64,000 nt of DNA, from IMG/VR virus record IMGVR_UViG_3300029787_000004. One strand, written 5' to 3'. The translations under genes were made by a program, and so were the position numbers. The notes under the pieces were generated by a model. That model searched no databases. It worked only from the letters and a program-made list of their open reading frames with translations, and was not told the origin of the DNA. Of the stretch, positions 54,567 to 64,000 are shown one piece after another. Each line of letters opens with the position of its first letter. The first letter of the stretch is position 1. This stretch comes from an uncultured virus (IMG/VR IMGVR_UViG_3300029787_000004) (Duplodnaviria > Heunggongvirae > Uroviricota > Caudoviricetes).

Positions 54567-54881
54567 ATGCTATCGACTGCTTATCGCCTTCGGCTAGAAT
54601 CAATCTGTGAAAAAATTATCAATGATGAAGAGGTTAATTTAGATGATATGATTTGGGCAAATAAACTTGCTAAGGCAAATACATCTGCTAATGAGATGTT
54701 AAAGATGGCAAGACGCCAACACTCTCAGAATATTGAAGAGGGTAGTACAGATGATTTTCTGAATAGGATGGGATTAGGAGATCCCGACCCATCCAATCAC
54801 AAAACGGGATTTACAAGTGCTGATGATATAGCTGATTGGTTTACACACGAAAAAACAGATGATTGGAGACAAAGAGATTAA
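54567..54881 (+). CDS. conserved hypothetical protein (104 aa)
   Basis: ORF track; CTAAATA at 54541; TAATG coupling to gp3. Confidence 0.75.
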   Translation: MLSTAYRLRLESICEKIINDEEVNLDDMIWANKLAKANTSANEMLKMARRQHSQNIEEGSTDDFLNRMGLGDPDPSNHKTGFTSADDIADWFTHEKTDDWRQRD

Positions 54882-55444
54882 TGGCACGTTCCATCTATGA
54901 TAAACAGATTGAGAATAGAAATTACTTAGCACCAACTGGATTTAATTTTACAATCCAACGTTGTCCAAAGGTAAGTTTCTTTTCTAACTCTGCACAAATT
55001 CCAGGCATTGATCTGGGTGTTGCAGTGCAACCCAATTACCTAAACGATATTCCTAGACCAGGAGATAAATTAAACTTTTCAGATTTTACTCTTCGATTCT
55101 TAATTGATGAAGATTTAAAGAATTACATGCAGATTCAAAACTGGATGAGAGGTCTTGGATTTCCAGAGAGTTTGCAACAAATTTATAATGAGCAAGCAAA
55201 ATCAAAAGGATTATATAAAGGAGAGTTTAGCGGAGAAGAACTTTTATACTCTGATGCAACATTAGAGGTTCTCAACAGCACATTAAATCCTCAGTTTTTA
55301 GTTAAGTTTAGTGGAATGTTTCCAACATCCTTGACAACTATTGACTTTGATGCTACCCCGACTGACGTTGACTACTTTACAGCAGAGGTCACTTTCAAGT
55401 ATACTGTCTATAATATTACTGACTTAGCTGGCAATCCTTTATGA
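54881..55444 (+). CDS. gp3: tail completion / tube terminator gp3
   Basis: NRNYLAPTGF, FLIDEDLKNY, SDATL, FPTSL; start at ATG 54881. Confidence 0.88.
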   Translation: MARSIYDKQIENRNYLAPTGFNFTIQRCPKVSFFSNSAQIPGIDLGVAVQPNYLNDIPRPGDKLNFSDFTLRFLIDEDLKNYMQIQNWMRGLGFPESLQQIYNEQAKSKGLYKGEFSGEELLYSDATLEVLNSTLNPQFLVKFSGMFPTSLTTIDFDATPTDVDYFTAEVTFKYTVYNITDLAGNPL

Positions 55445-55872
55445 ATCTAGAAACTATACAATGCATGTGGGAGAAAGACTCACAACTTGATAAAGATAAC
55501 TTACATGATGAATCTTTGAAAATTCCTTCTCTTCATGCGAAGTATCATGAGTTGTTTAACAACACTCTGTTGTTGATGAAGAAGGCAGAGCAACAGAGAA
55601 AAAATATTCGTCACGAACGGTATGAATACTTTTCTGGAAAGTCAGACCCTGAGGTCTATGTAGAGAATCCTTTCCCGAAAAAGATACGTGACAAAGATAC
55701 GATGCAAAAATATATGGATGCTGATGAAAAATTAAGTCAGATTAGTCTTAAAATTGACTACTATGAAACTCAACTAAATTATATTGAGAGCATTCTTAAA
55801 CAGATAAACAATAGAACGTACCAAATTAAGAATGCGATTGAATGGCACAAATTCATCGCTGGTTATGGTTGA
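55441..55872 (+). CDS. uvsY: recombination mediator UvsY
   Basis: SLKIPSLHAKY, RTYQIKNAIEW; precedes uvsW. Confidence 0.9.
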   Translation: MNLETIQCMWEKDSQLDKDNLHDESLKIPSLHAKYHELFNNTLLLMKKAEQQRKNIRHERYEYFSGKSDPEVYVENPFPKKIRDKDTMQKYMDADEKLSQISLKIDYYETQLNYIESILKQINNRTYQIKNAIEWHKFIAGYG

Positions 55873-57328
55873 ACTTAGTATTGAGAAAAAGAACGAAGTA
55901 TATCTTAGAGTAAGTGCAGAACCGCACGTCTATCAGGAACTTTCAGAAGAGTTTACGTTTGAAGTTCCTGGTGCAAAGTTTATGCCTCAGTATAGAAACA
56001 AATACTGGGATGGAAAGATTCGCCTATTCTCTACGGCAACAGGTGAAATCTATGTTGGTCTGTTAGACAAACTAATATCGTTTTGTAAGCGATACGATTA
56101 TGATTATAAGTTTGTAGATAATAAATTTTTTGGAACACCCTTTGAAGTAAATGAGGATATCTCATATGAAGGTGTAAAGGATTATATCAAGTCGATTGCG
56201 GTCTACGAGCCACGACCACACCAAGTCGAGGGAGTATACGATGCTCTAAGACACAACCGAAGACTATTAATATCTCCCACTGCATCAGGCAAATCTCTGA
56301 TGATTTATTCTCTTTGTAGGTATTATGTAGAGCACAACAAAAATATCCTGGTAGTTGTTCCCACGACCAGTCTGGTAGAGCAGATGTATAAGGACTTTGA
56401 GGAGTATGGGTGGGAGGCAGAGGATTATTGTCACCGCATCTACTCTGGGCGCGAAAAGACGGATAGTCGGCCAATTGTTATTACCACGTGGCAATCTATT
56501 TATAAATTAGACCGCAAATGGTTTGAAAGATTTGAAGTTGTAATCGGTGATGAAGCACACTTATTCAAATCAAAATCATTGGTTCAGATCATGACCAAGA
56601 TGCATACTGCCAAACATAGATTTGGATTCACTGGAACACTTGATGGCACACAGACGCACAAGTGGGTGTTAGAGGGATTGTTTGGACCTTCATATAAGAT
56701 CATCAGAACAGAAGAATTAATGGAGAAGGGTTATCTTTCTAAATTAGATATTAATTGTGTTCTTCTAAAACATCCTCCACAAAAATTTGAAACGTTTGAA
56801 GATGAAGTTCAATATATTATTACACATGAACAAAGAAATAACTTCGTTACTAATCTTGCTTTGGATTTAAAGGGAAATACTCTTATCTTATATTCAAGAG
56901 TTGAATCTCACGGAGCAGTCCTTTACGATAAAATAAATAATAAAAAAACAAGTGAAAACAGAAAGGTATTCTTTGTCCATGGCGGAGTAAATGCCTCTGA
57001 GCGTGAACTAGTTAGGGAAATTACAGAACAAGAAAACAACGCTATCATCGTTGCATCCTATGGAACTTTTTCTACTGGTATCAACATTAAAAATCTCCAT
57101 AATGTTATCTTCGCCTCTCCAAGTAAGTCTAGGATCAGAAACTTACAAAGCATTGGACGAGTTCTTAGAAAGGGGAATAACAAAGTGAAAGCAGTTCTTT
57201 TTGATATTGCTGATGACTGCACTTACAGATCACAAAAAAACTATACTCTAAATCATCTAATTGAAAGAATTAAAATCTATAACGAAGAAAATTTTAATTA
57301 TGAAATTATCACAGTTAACTTAAAATAA
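55865..57328 (+). CDS. uvsW: SF2 DNA helicase UvsW
   Basis: WDGKIRLF, SPTASGKS, DEAH, GFTGT, QSIGRVLR; start at ATG 55865. Confidence 0.96.
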   Translation: MVELSIEKKNEVYLRVSAEPHVYQELSEEFTFEVPGAKFMPQYRNKYWDGKIRLFSTATGEIYVGLLDKLISFCKRYDYDYKFVDNKFFGTPFEVNEDISYEGVKDYIKSIAVYEPRPHQVEGVYDALRHNRRLLISPTASGKSLMIYSLCRYYVEHNKNILVVVPTTSLVEQMYKDFEEYGWEAEDYCHRIYSGREKTDSRPIVITTWQSIYKLDRKWFERFEVVIGDEAHLFKSKSLVQIMTKMHTAKHRFGFTGTLDGTQTHKWVLEGLFGPSYKIIRTEELMEKGYLSKLDINCVLLKHPPQKFETFEDEVQYIITHEQRNNFVTNLALDLKGNTLILYSRVESHGAVLYDKINNKKTSENRKVFFVHGGVNASERELVREITEQENNAIIVASYGTFSTGINIKNLHNVIFASPSKSRIRNLQSIGRVLRKGNNKVKAVLFDIADDCTYRSQKNYTLNHLIERIKIYNEENFNYEIITVNLK

Positions 57329-57330
57329 TT

Positions 57331-57723
57331 ATGGAAGACGACTTTTTTGCATCAGTAAAATTAATTTCAGGAGAAGAAATATTCTCTAAGGTTTCCGTCT
57401 GTGAAGAAGATGATAGAACTCTATTGGTGTTATCGAATCCAGTTACACTTGAAGAAGTTAAATTAAAAAAATGGGGAACTGTTGGATATAAAGTAGAACC
57501 ATGGTTAAAAACATCTTCTGATGATATGTTCGTAATTAATTTTGATAGAGTTCTTACAATTAGTGAAAGTGATAATCTAGAAGTTATTAATGTTTATCTA
57601 CAATATATTAGAGATAGTGTTTTTGATCCATCTAGCAGCAGAGAGTCTCTAAACAGAGAAATGGGCTATATATCTAGTGTGTTAGATGCCAAAGAGGTAC
57701 TAGAAAAACTCTATAAGCTATGA
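57331..57723 (+). CDS. conserved hypothetical protein (Sm-like pattern KLISGEEI)
   Basis: ORF track; usual position between uvsW and gp55. Confidence 0.75.
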   Translation: MEDDFFASVKLISGEEIFSKVSVCEEDDRTLLVLSNPVTLEEVKLKKWGTVGYKVEPWLKTSSDDMFVINFDRVLTISESDNLEVINVYLQYIRDSVFDPSSSRESLNREMGYISSVLDAKEVLEKLYKL

Positions 57724-57747
57724 GTTCTCTTCAACCCTAACAAAGGT

Positions 57748-57797
57748 ATTCTACACATATTTCAGAGTCTTGTCAAGCCCTGAAAGTATGCTATAAT
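57748..57797. promoter_or_regulatory. bidirectional sigma70-type promoter pair upstream of gp55
   Basis: Plus strand: TTGTCA 57770-57775, 16 bp, TG-n-TATAAT 57789-57797. Minus strand: TTGACA 57776-57771, 17 bp, TAGAAT 57753-57748. Confidence 0.7.
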
Positions 57798-57822
57798 ATT
57801 ATTAATTGTTATGGTATGAACC

Positions 57823-58320
57823 ATGCTTATAACTAATATGCCCAAGACACGTAAAAGATCTGAGCACTACGTTAATAATAAAGAGTTTCTCGCAGCAATC
57901 ATTGATTACAAAGATCAGATTGTTATAGCAGAAAATAAAGGTCAACCAAAACCACGTATTCCAAATTATATTGGTGAGTGCTTTTTAAAGATTGCAACTC
58001 ATCTATCATACAAACCAAACTTCGTCAACTACATGTTCAAAGATGACATGGTTTGTGACGGTATTGAAAATTGTATCCAATATATTAATAATTTTAATCC
58101 AGAAAAGTCACAGAATCCTTTTGCGTACTTTACTCAGATCATCCACTACGCTTTTCTGAGACGGATTCAGAGAGAGAAGAAACAGATGGAGATCAAGAAC
58201 AAGATTCTCGAACGCTCTGGGTTTGATGAGGTGTTTGTTGATAACAACACCCTTGACGGAAACAACTATTCCAACTATAATAGCATCAAGGATAACGTAC
58301 ACATTAAACTTCGTTCGTGA
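57823..58320 (+). CDS. gp55: late-transcription sigma factor gp55
   Basis: HYVNNKEF, YIGECFLKIA, NPFAYFTQI..AFLRRIQREKKQ. Confidence 0.96.
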   Translation: MLITNMPKTRKRSEHYVNNKEFLAAIIDYKDQIVIAENKGQPKPRIPNYIGECFLKIATHLSYKPNFVNYMFKDDMVCDGIENCIQYINNFNPEKSQNPFAYFTQIIHYAFLRRIQREKKQMEIKNKILERSGFDEVFVDNNTLDGNNYSNYNSIKDNVHIKLRS

Positions 58321-59357
58321 CTGTTGCTATTATCACTGATCAGCACTTTGGTGCTCGTAAGAATTCAAAACTTTTTCACGATTACTTTTTAAAATTTTAT
58401 AATGAGGTCTTCTTTCCGAAGTTAGTTCGGGAGAAGATCAAAATTGTAATTGATATGGGAGATACGTTTGATAATAGGACGGGTATTAATTATTCTGCCT
58501 TAGCATGGGCCAAGGATAATTACTATGATCGTCTCAAAGATATGGGTATTAAAGTATATACAATCGTTGGGAATCATACTGCTTATTACAAAAATACTAA
58601 TAGTATCAACGCGGTAGATCTTCTTCTACGTGAGTATGATAATGTTGAAGTTGTATCAGAATACAGAGAGATCGATATTGAAGGTCTTAAAATAGCTTTT
58701 GTTCCTTGGATTAACTCTGAAAATCAAGAGTCAACGTATTCCTCACTTAAAAAATCAAAGTGTCCTATTGTAATGGGTCACCTTGAACTTCAAGGATTCT
58801 ATGCTAATAAGATGCACTTGATGGAGCATGGTCACGATAGACATCCATATAAAAAATTTGAGAAAGTTTACTCAGGGCATTATCACCATAGAAGTGAAGA
58901 AGATAACATTCACTATCTAGGGAATCCATATGAAATTTACTGGAATGATCTAGAAGATGTCCGTGGATTTCACCTCTTTGATACTAAAACAAAAGAGCAC
59001 ACCCCAGTAGATAATCCATTTAAGATGTTTTATCGACTATATTATGATGATAATCCAGCAGCTCTGTTAGATTCTAGTGAGTATAAAGATAAGATTGTAA
59101 AACTTATTGTACGCAAAAAGACAAAACCAAAAGAGTTTGAAAAGTATATTGACAAACTCATGGACTCTGGTGTCTTTGATTTAAAGGTTGTTGAAAACTT
59201 TGCCTTTAATGAAAGTGAAGACTTTAATATTGAGCAATCAGAAGATACTCTTTCTATTCTTAGTAGATACCTTGATGAGTCTGAGACTGATATAGATAAA
59301 GTAGCAGTCAAAAAAATTATCAAAAACATCTATCAAGAAGCATGTGAGGTAGTGTAG
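58317..59357 (+). CDS. gp47: recombination endonuclease subunit gp47 (Mre11/SbcD-like)
   Basis: ITDQHFG, MGDTFD, VGNH, GHLE, SGHYH phosphoesterase motifs. Confidence 0.95.
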   Translation: MTVAIITDQHFGARKNSKLFHDYFLKFYNEVFFPKLVREKIKIVIDMGDTFDNRTGINYSALAWAKDNYYDRLKDMGIKVYTIVGNHTAYYKNTNSINAVDLLLREYDNVEVVSEYREIDIEGLKIAFVPWINSENQESTYSSLKKSKCPIVMGHLELQGFYANKMHLMEHGHDRHPYKKFEKVYSGHYHHRSEEDNIHYLGNPYEIYWNDLEDVRGFHLFDTKTKEHTPVDNPFKMFYRLYYDDNPAALLDSSEYKDKIVKLIVRKKTKPKEFEKYIDKLMDSGVFDLKVVENFAFNESEDFNIEQSEDTLSILSRYLDESETDIDKVAVKKIIKNIYQEACEVV

Positions 59358-59632
59358 TGTTTGTCCTCACCGTCTATGGAAAAGAAGATGAAGGCGCGTA
59401 CTCCGTAGCAAATGAAGATGGAGATCGCGTAATATATCTCTTTGACGAGGAGGATGATGCCACAAGGTATGCTATGATGTTAGAGGTGGAGGATTCCCCA
59501 TCAATGAAAGTTGTAGAAATAGACCCAGATATGATGGTAAAGGCTTGTGAATTTTCTTCTACTCGCTATGCAATCATTGGCAAAAATGACATTGTAATTC
59601 CGCCACAAACTCCATTTCATGATAACGTTTAA
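59357..59632 (+). CDS. conserved hypothetical protein (91 aa)
   Basis: Between gp47 and gp46; EGAYSV...LFDEEDDATRY. Confidence 0.75.
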   Translation: MFVLTVYGKEDEGAYSVANEDGDRVIYLFDEEDDATRYAMMLEVEDSPSMKVVEIDPDMMVKACEFSSTRYAIIGKNDIVIPPQTPFHDNV

Positions 59633-61325
59633 GACTATTAGATGGAAGAACTTCCTATCCACAGGTAACCAATGGACAGAAGTTCAGTTGAATGAGAATA
59701 AAAATACTATGATTATCGGAACGAATGGTTCTGGTAAATCTACAATTCTTGATGCATTGACATTTTCTCTATTCAATAAACCATTTCGTAAAATTAATAA
59801 ACCACAACTTATCAATACTGTCAACGAGAAAGATTGTGCTGTTGAAGTAGAATTTAGTATCAAAGGTAAAGAGTATAAAATTGTACGTGGGTTGAAACCT
59901 GCAAAATTTGAAGTGTGGGTAGATGGTGAAGTGCAAGATCAAGATGCATCAGCAAACGATCAGCAGAAAAAACTAGAACAAAATATTCTTAAATTAAACT
60001 TTAAGTCTTTCACACAGATTGTGATTCTGGGTAGTTCTACTTTTGTTCCTTTCATGCAACTTCCCTCAGCACATCGTAGAGAAGTTATTGAAGATTTGCT
60101 AGACATTAAAATCTTTTCTTCTATGAATAGTTTGATCAAAGATAAGATTAGATCTATTAGAGATGATGTTAGAACTCTTGAATTAAAGAGAGATTCTGTT
60201 AAAGATAAACTGAAAATGCAAAAGGAATTTATTGAGCAAATTGAGAGATCTAGTAAAAATGATATCGCAGAAAAGAAAGATCAAATAAAAACAATTGCAT
60301 CAGAAGCAAATTTATATCTTTGTGACAACACAAAATTGGTTGAAGAGATTGACGACATAGAAAGAGTCAACATCAAATGGGAACCGACTACAAAGAATAA
60401 ACTCAATAATCTTCGTGTAAAAATTAACAATAAGAAAGAAAATACTAACAGAGAAATTTCATTCTTTGAAAAAAATACGGTATGCCCCACATGCACTCAG
60501 GATATTGAGGAGGAGTTTAGATTAAATAGAATTGAGAATCTTAATTCTTCAATAGAGGAGTTAGATGGTGGTTTGAGTGATTTAGACTCAAAAATTAATA
60601 ATGAAAATCTTAAAGAATCTCAATACAACAAACTCTCTCAGGAGGTATCTACCCTAAACAATGAAGTTTCTAAAAACACTATTCGGGTTTCAGGATTACA
60701 ACGTCAGTGCCGAGACTTGGAATCGGAAATTCAAAGAATTACCGATCAATTGGCGAACAGAAATTCTGAGCACGAAAAGTTAAATGAGTTTAATGAAACT
60801 TTACAGGGGACGTATGAAGATCTAGCAACTAAAACTGAATCAATAAAGAATCACGATTTTGCTTACTCCTTATTGAAGGATGGGGGAGTTAAAACTAAAA
60901 TTATTAAACAGTACCTCCCCCTAATCAACAAACAAGTTAATCGCTATCTTCAAATGATGGATTTCTTTATCAACTTTACGCTTGATGAAGAATTTAACGA
61001 GACAGTTCAATCACCAATACATGATAATTTCTCATACGCCTCTTTTAGTGAAGGAGAAAAAATGAGAATTGACTTAGCACTACTCTTTACTTGGCGTGAA
61101 GTTGCTGCATTTAAAAATTCTATTAGCACAAACCTCTTGATCATGGATGAGGTATTCGACAGTTCTCTTGATGGTCTTGGAACCGAAGAGTTTTTGAAGA
61201 TCATCCGGTACGTCATTAAAGGTGCTAATGTCTTTATCATATCCCATAAAGAATCTTTGTTTGATAAGTTTGAAAACGTGCTAAGATTCGAGAAAGTCAA
61301 AGGTTTTTCCCGCAAAGCACCATGA
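59619..61325 (+). CDS. gp46: recombination endonuclease subunit gp46 (Rad50/SbcC-like)
   Basis: GTNGSGKS, CPTC zinc hook, FSEGEKMRIDLAL, LIMDEVFD. Confidence 0.96.
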   Translation: MITFKTIRWKNFLSTGNQWTEVQLNENKNTMIIGTNGSGKSTILDALTFSLFNKPFRKINKPQLINTVNEKDCAVEVEFSIKGKEYKIVRGLKPAKFEVWVDGEVQDQDASANDQQKKLEQNILKLNFKSFTQIVILGSSTFVPFMQLPSAHRREVIEDLLDIKIFSSMNSLIKDKIRSIRDDVRTLELKRDSVKDKLKMQKEFIEQIERSSKNDIAEKKDQIKTIASEANLYLCDNTKLVEEIDDIERVNIKWEPTTKNKLNNLRVKINNKKENTNREISFFEKNTVCPTCTQDIEEEFRLNRIENLNSSIEELDGGLSDLDSKINNENLKESQYNKLSQEVSTLNNEVSKNTIRVSGLQRQCRDLESEIQRITDQLANRNSEHEKLNEFNETLQGTYEDLATKTESIKNHDFAYSLLKDGGVKTKIIKQYLPLINKQVNRYLQMMDFFINFTLDEEFNETVQSPIHDNFSYASFSEGEKMRIDLALLFTWREVAAFKNSISTNLLIMDEVFDSSLDGLGTEEFLKIIRYVIKGANVFIISHKESLFDKFENVLRFEKVKGFSRKAP

Positions 61326-61501
61326 GAGAACAGATCCGCCGTCCAGTTGACATCTCCAAAGAATTCAAACAAAATGGTATGACGTTAATCACCGACCCTG
61401 CATCTGACAGGTATCTCAATGCATACTCCAAACTGGCAACATCACAGCAAAAAGGAACAGAAGAGAAAACTCAAACCACAAGCGATGAGGGCACGACGTG
61501 A
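61322..61501 (+). CDS. small hypothetical protein (59 aa, MREQIRRPVDISKEFKQNGMTLITDPASDRYL...), not in ORF track
   Basis: Manual translation; ATGA coupling to gp46 stop. Confidence 0.55.
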   Translation: MREQIRRPVDISKEFKQNGMTLITDPASDRYLNAYSKLATSQQKGTEEKTQTTSDEGTT

Positions 61502-61604
61502 AGCACTGAGCCACTTTAAGAAGCGGTACACCAACCTCCCCAAGCGGGAGGTTTCGTCGTATTATGGGTACATACCTGAGAGAACTGTATGTCTGTCAAC
61601 CTAG
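61419..61604 (+). CDS. small basic hypothetical protein (MHTPNWQHHSKKEQKRKLKPQAMR...)
   Basis: ORF track; resembles a small ORF family I recall from cyanomyoviruses. Confidence 0.55.
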   Translation: MHTPNWQHHSKKEQKRKLKPQAMRARREALSHFKKRYTNLPKREVSSYYGYIPERTVCLST

Positions 61605-63688
61605 AAGTCAAGGGTACGGTCGCCAAACTTTTGGCACAAGAGAATTTGATTGTCGAACACAAAAACGTTCAGACAGCTCAGTTCAACGTTGATACCCGTG
61701 TTCTTACTCTCCCTGTATGGGAGCGTGCAAGCGAAGAGATCTTTGATCTTCTAGTTGCTCATGAGGTTGGACATGCTCTCTACACTCCCAATGTAGATCC
61801 TCCTAAGAATGTTCCACATGCTTTTATTAATGTGGTGGAGGATGTTCGGATTGAAAAACTTATCAAACGTAGATTTGGTGGTCTTTCTAAAACTTTCTAT
61901 AAAGGATATCAAGAGTTTCATGATATGGATTTCTTCTCCACTAAGGGAGAAGATTTTACCAAGATGTCTCTTGCAGATCGTGTGAATCTACACTTCAAGG
62001 TTGGTCCTTTCCTTGGTATCAAGTTCGCTCTTGAAGAGCAACCAATCGTTCAATCTATTCAAAACTCTGAAACTTGGGAAGATGTCCTCACTGCCGCTAA
62101 ACTTCTCTACCTATTCGACAAAGAGAAAGCTCAACAACCAAAGAAAGAAAATGACTCGGAGAGTGAGGAAATTACTTCGGGATCGCAGGTGGGGAACAGC
62201 ACTGATGGTGACGATAGGGGTGATAGCGATGATAACTCTGAGTCCGATCCTATTGATAGTTGGGATGATCCTGATCAAAGCGATATGGATCCTGACGATT
62301 CTGATACTCGCCAGAATCCTTCTGAGCCTTCTGTAAATACTGCTGAATCTGAAAGTGGAGCAATCAAAAATTTAGCAAGTTTTGGTGGTAGGGAATCTCG
62401 CTATGTTCAAATCCCTGATATTCCTATTGAAAAGGTAGTCATTCCTAACAAAGAGATTGATAAAAGACTTACTTTATTTTGGGACATCATGTATAGAGAT
62501 ATTGATGATCGTTGTAATCCAATAACTTATCTTAAAAATGAATATGTAAAGTATAAAAAGTCTGTGCAGAAAGAAGTAAATTATATGGTCAAAGAGTTTG
62601 AGTGTCGCAAATCAGCTGATGCTTACTCACGTGCTTCAACCAGTAGAACTGGTGTGCTGGATTGTGGTAAACTTCACACTTACAAATTCAATGAGGATCT
62701 ATTCAAAAAAGTAACTACGATTCCTGATGGAAAAAATCATGGACTAATTTTCATTCTCGATTGGTCTGGGTCTATGGGAGCATGTCTTGAAGAGACTGCC
62801 AAGCAATTGTTCAACCTTGCTTGGTTCTGTCGTAAAGTTAATATTCCCTTTCGAGTCTACGCATTCACAAACTGTTGGCATGAAGAAGTAGATGAAAGTA
62901 ATCATGTCAGCAGTTTGATTGATGATCCCAAACCTAATGAGTTGTGGATTGAGAAAACTTTTCGTCTTCTTGAATTCATCAACAGTGATTGCAACGCTAT
63001 GGAATTTGAAAAGCAATGCCTTAACTTTTGGAATTTGTCCGCAGGATATCAGAGAGTTCATCTCCCTATGGGATTTCGTCTTAGCGGAACTCCTCTTAAT
63101 GAAGTGATTATGTGTCTTCATAATATTATTCCTGAGTTTAAATCTCAGAAGCGACTTCAAAAAGTTCATACTGTTATCCTAACTGACGGAGAATCTCAGT
63201 TTCTTACTTTTGGAAGAATGCGTACTACCTATCAAGGAGATGAGGTATGTGTTCCATCATCACTTAATTTCAATACTAATGTTTATCTTCGCGACCCCGT
63301 TCTTCGAACAACTTACAAACTGGACAAGTGGGATAGTGTAGATGATTTGATCAAAAACTTTACTGATAGAAATCCTGATGTAAATGTTATTGGTATAAGG
63401 TTATCTAGCACTAGTGAACTCAATAAGTTTCTAAAATGTAAAATTAATAACCCAGATGTTATATCAAAATATGTAAAAACATTTGTGAAACAAAAATCCG
63501 TTTCCGTTGATGTTCCTGCTTATTCCAAGATGTTTGTGATGAATCAAACAAACATGCATAACACTGTCGATTTTGACGTTGCTGAGGGTGCGAACAAGTC
63601 AACTATCCGTGCTGCGTTCAAAAAATCATTGACAAAATCCAAGTTTAATCGTAAAATTCTATCAGAGTTCGTGGAGTTGGTTGCGTGA
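61589..63688 (+). CDS. HExxH metallopeptidase-like + vWA (CobT-like) protein (699 aa)
   Basis: AHEVGHALYT, NVVEDVRIE, acidic linker, DWSGS MIDAS, SGTPL, ILTDGE. Confidence 0.88.
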   Translation: MSVNLEVKGTVAKLLAQENLIVEHKNVQTAQFNVDTRVLTLPVWERASEEIFDLLVAHEVGHALYTPNVDPPKNVPHAFINVVEDVRIEKLIKRRFGGLSKTFYKGYQEFHDMDFFSTKGEDFTKMSLADRVNLHFKVGPFLGIKFALEEQPIVQSIQNSETWEDVLTAAKLLYLFDKEKAQQPKKENDSESEEITSGSQVGNSTDGDDRGDSDDNSESDPIDSWDDPDQSDMDPDDSDTRQNPSEPSVNTAESESGAIKNLASFGGRESRYVQIPDIPIEKVVIPNKEIDKRLTLFWDIMYRDIDDRCNPITYLKNEYVKYKKSVQKEVNYMVKEFECRKSADAYSRASTSRTGVLDCGKLHTYKFNEDLFKKVTTIPDGKNHGLIFILDWSGSMGACLEETAKQLFNLAWFCRKVNIPFRVYAFTNCWHEEVDESNHVSSLIDDPKPNELWIEKTFRLLEFINSDCNAMEFEKQCLNFWNLSAGYQRVHLPMGFRLSGTPLNEVIMCLHNIIPEFKSQKRLQKVHTVILTDGESQFLTFGRMRTTYQGDEVCVPSSLNFNTNVYLRDPVLRTTYKLDKWDSVDDLIKNFTDRNPDVNVIGIRLSSTSELNKFLKCKINNPDVISKYVKTFVKQKSVSVDVPAYSKMFVMNQTNMHNTVDFDVAEGANKSTIRAAFKKSLTKSKFNRKILSEFVELVA

Positions 63689-64000
63689 ACATTTTTGTGA
63701 CTGACCCTAGTCCCTGGCAATCTGCCATGGTTCTACCTGACAAACACATTGTCAAGATGCCATTAGAGACTTGTCAGATGCTTGCCATTGTATGTTCTGA
63801 TAAATGGGGTCATGGGTTTGGTAGTCTCCCCAGAGCAGACGGTACTCCCTATGCTACTGAGAAGGGTGCTTTTCGTAATCATCCCTGCACTATCTGGGCA
63901 AATGAGTTTGTGACCAATTGGCAGTGGTTGCTTGCTCATGGACTTGCTATGTGTGATGAGTATACTGCTCGCTATGGTAAGGTCCATACTTGCCAGAAGA
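63685..64000 (+). CDS. pyrimidine-dimer DNA glycosylase-like (DenV family), 3'-truncated; not in ORF track
   Basis: GTG start; MNIFVTDPSP...PDKHIVKMPLETCQML...NHPCTIW...EYTARYGKVH. Confidence 0.8.
   Translation, partial: MNIFVTDPSPWQSAMVLPDKHIVKMPLETCQMLAIVCSDKWGHGFGSLPRADGTPYATEKGAFRNHPCTIWANEFVTNWQWLLAHGLAMCDEYTARYGKVHTCQK

Noticed and set aside
43818..61325. Inteins or introns in gp17, gp20, gp23, uvsW, gp47 and gp46
   Set aside because: All are uninterrupted and of ordinary length; no Hint or homing-endonuclease motifs seen

Overview
This window is 64 kb of a T4-like (Kyanoviridae-type) marine cyanomyovirus genome, with essentially all supported genes on the + strand. It has five parts. 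(1) 1-2513 is a run of small early-type ORFs, including an N-gap between what look like two alternative promoter alleles. (2) 2514-3208 is a mostly non-coding hub with DnaA-box-like 9-mers, convergent and divergent promoters and a GC-rich structured segment. (3) 3209-5390 carries a cupin (mannose-6-phosphate isomerase-like), a glycosyltransferase-like gene and conserved hypotheticals. (4) 5483-55444 is the virion module: gp25, gp6, a 4177-aa gp7, gp8, a 2712-aa VrlC-like protein, gp13-gp16, a variable fibre/internal-protein island, gp17-gp23 and gp3. (5) 55441-64000 holds uvsY, uvsW, gp55, gp47, gp46, a HExxH+vWA protein and a truncated DenV-like glycosylase. The most interesting observations are the oriC-like DnaA-box locus with an adjacent structured RNA candidate, a fibre cluster alternating segments with paralogous small adaptors, a putative protease-processed polyprotein, an Arg/Gly-rich insertion in the VrlC-like protein, and an antisense promoter upstream of gp55. 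Family assignments come from motif recognition and synteny only; no searches were run. I saw no tRNA, CRISPR array, intron or intein.
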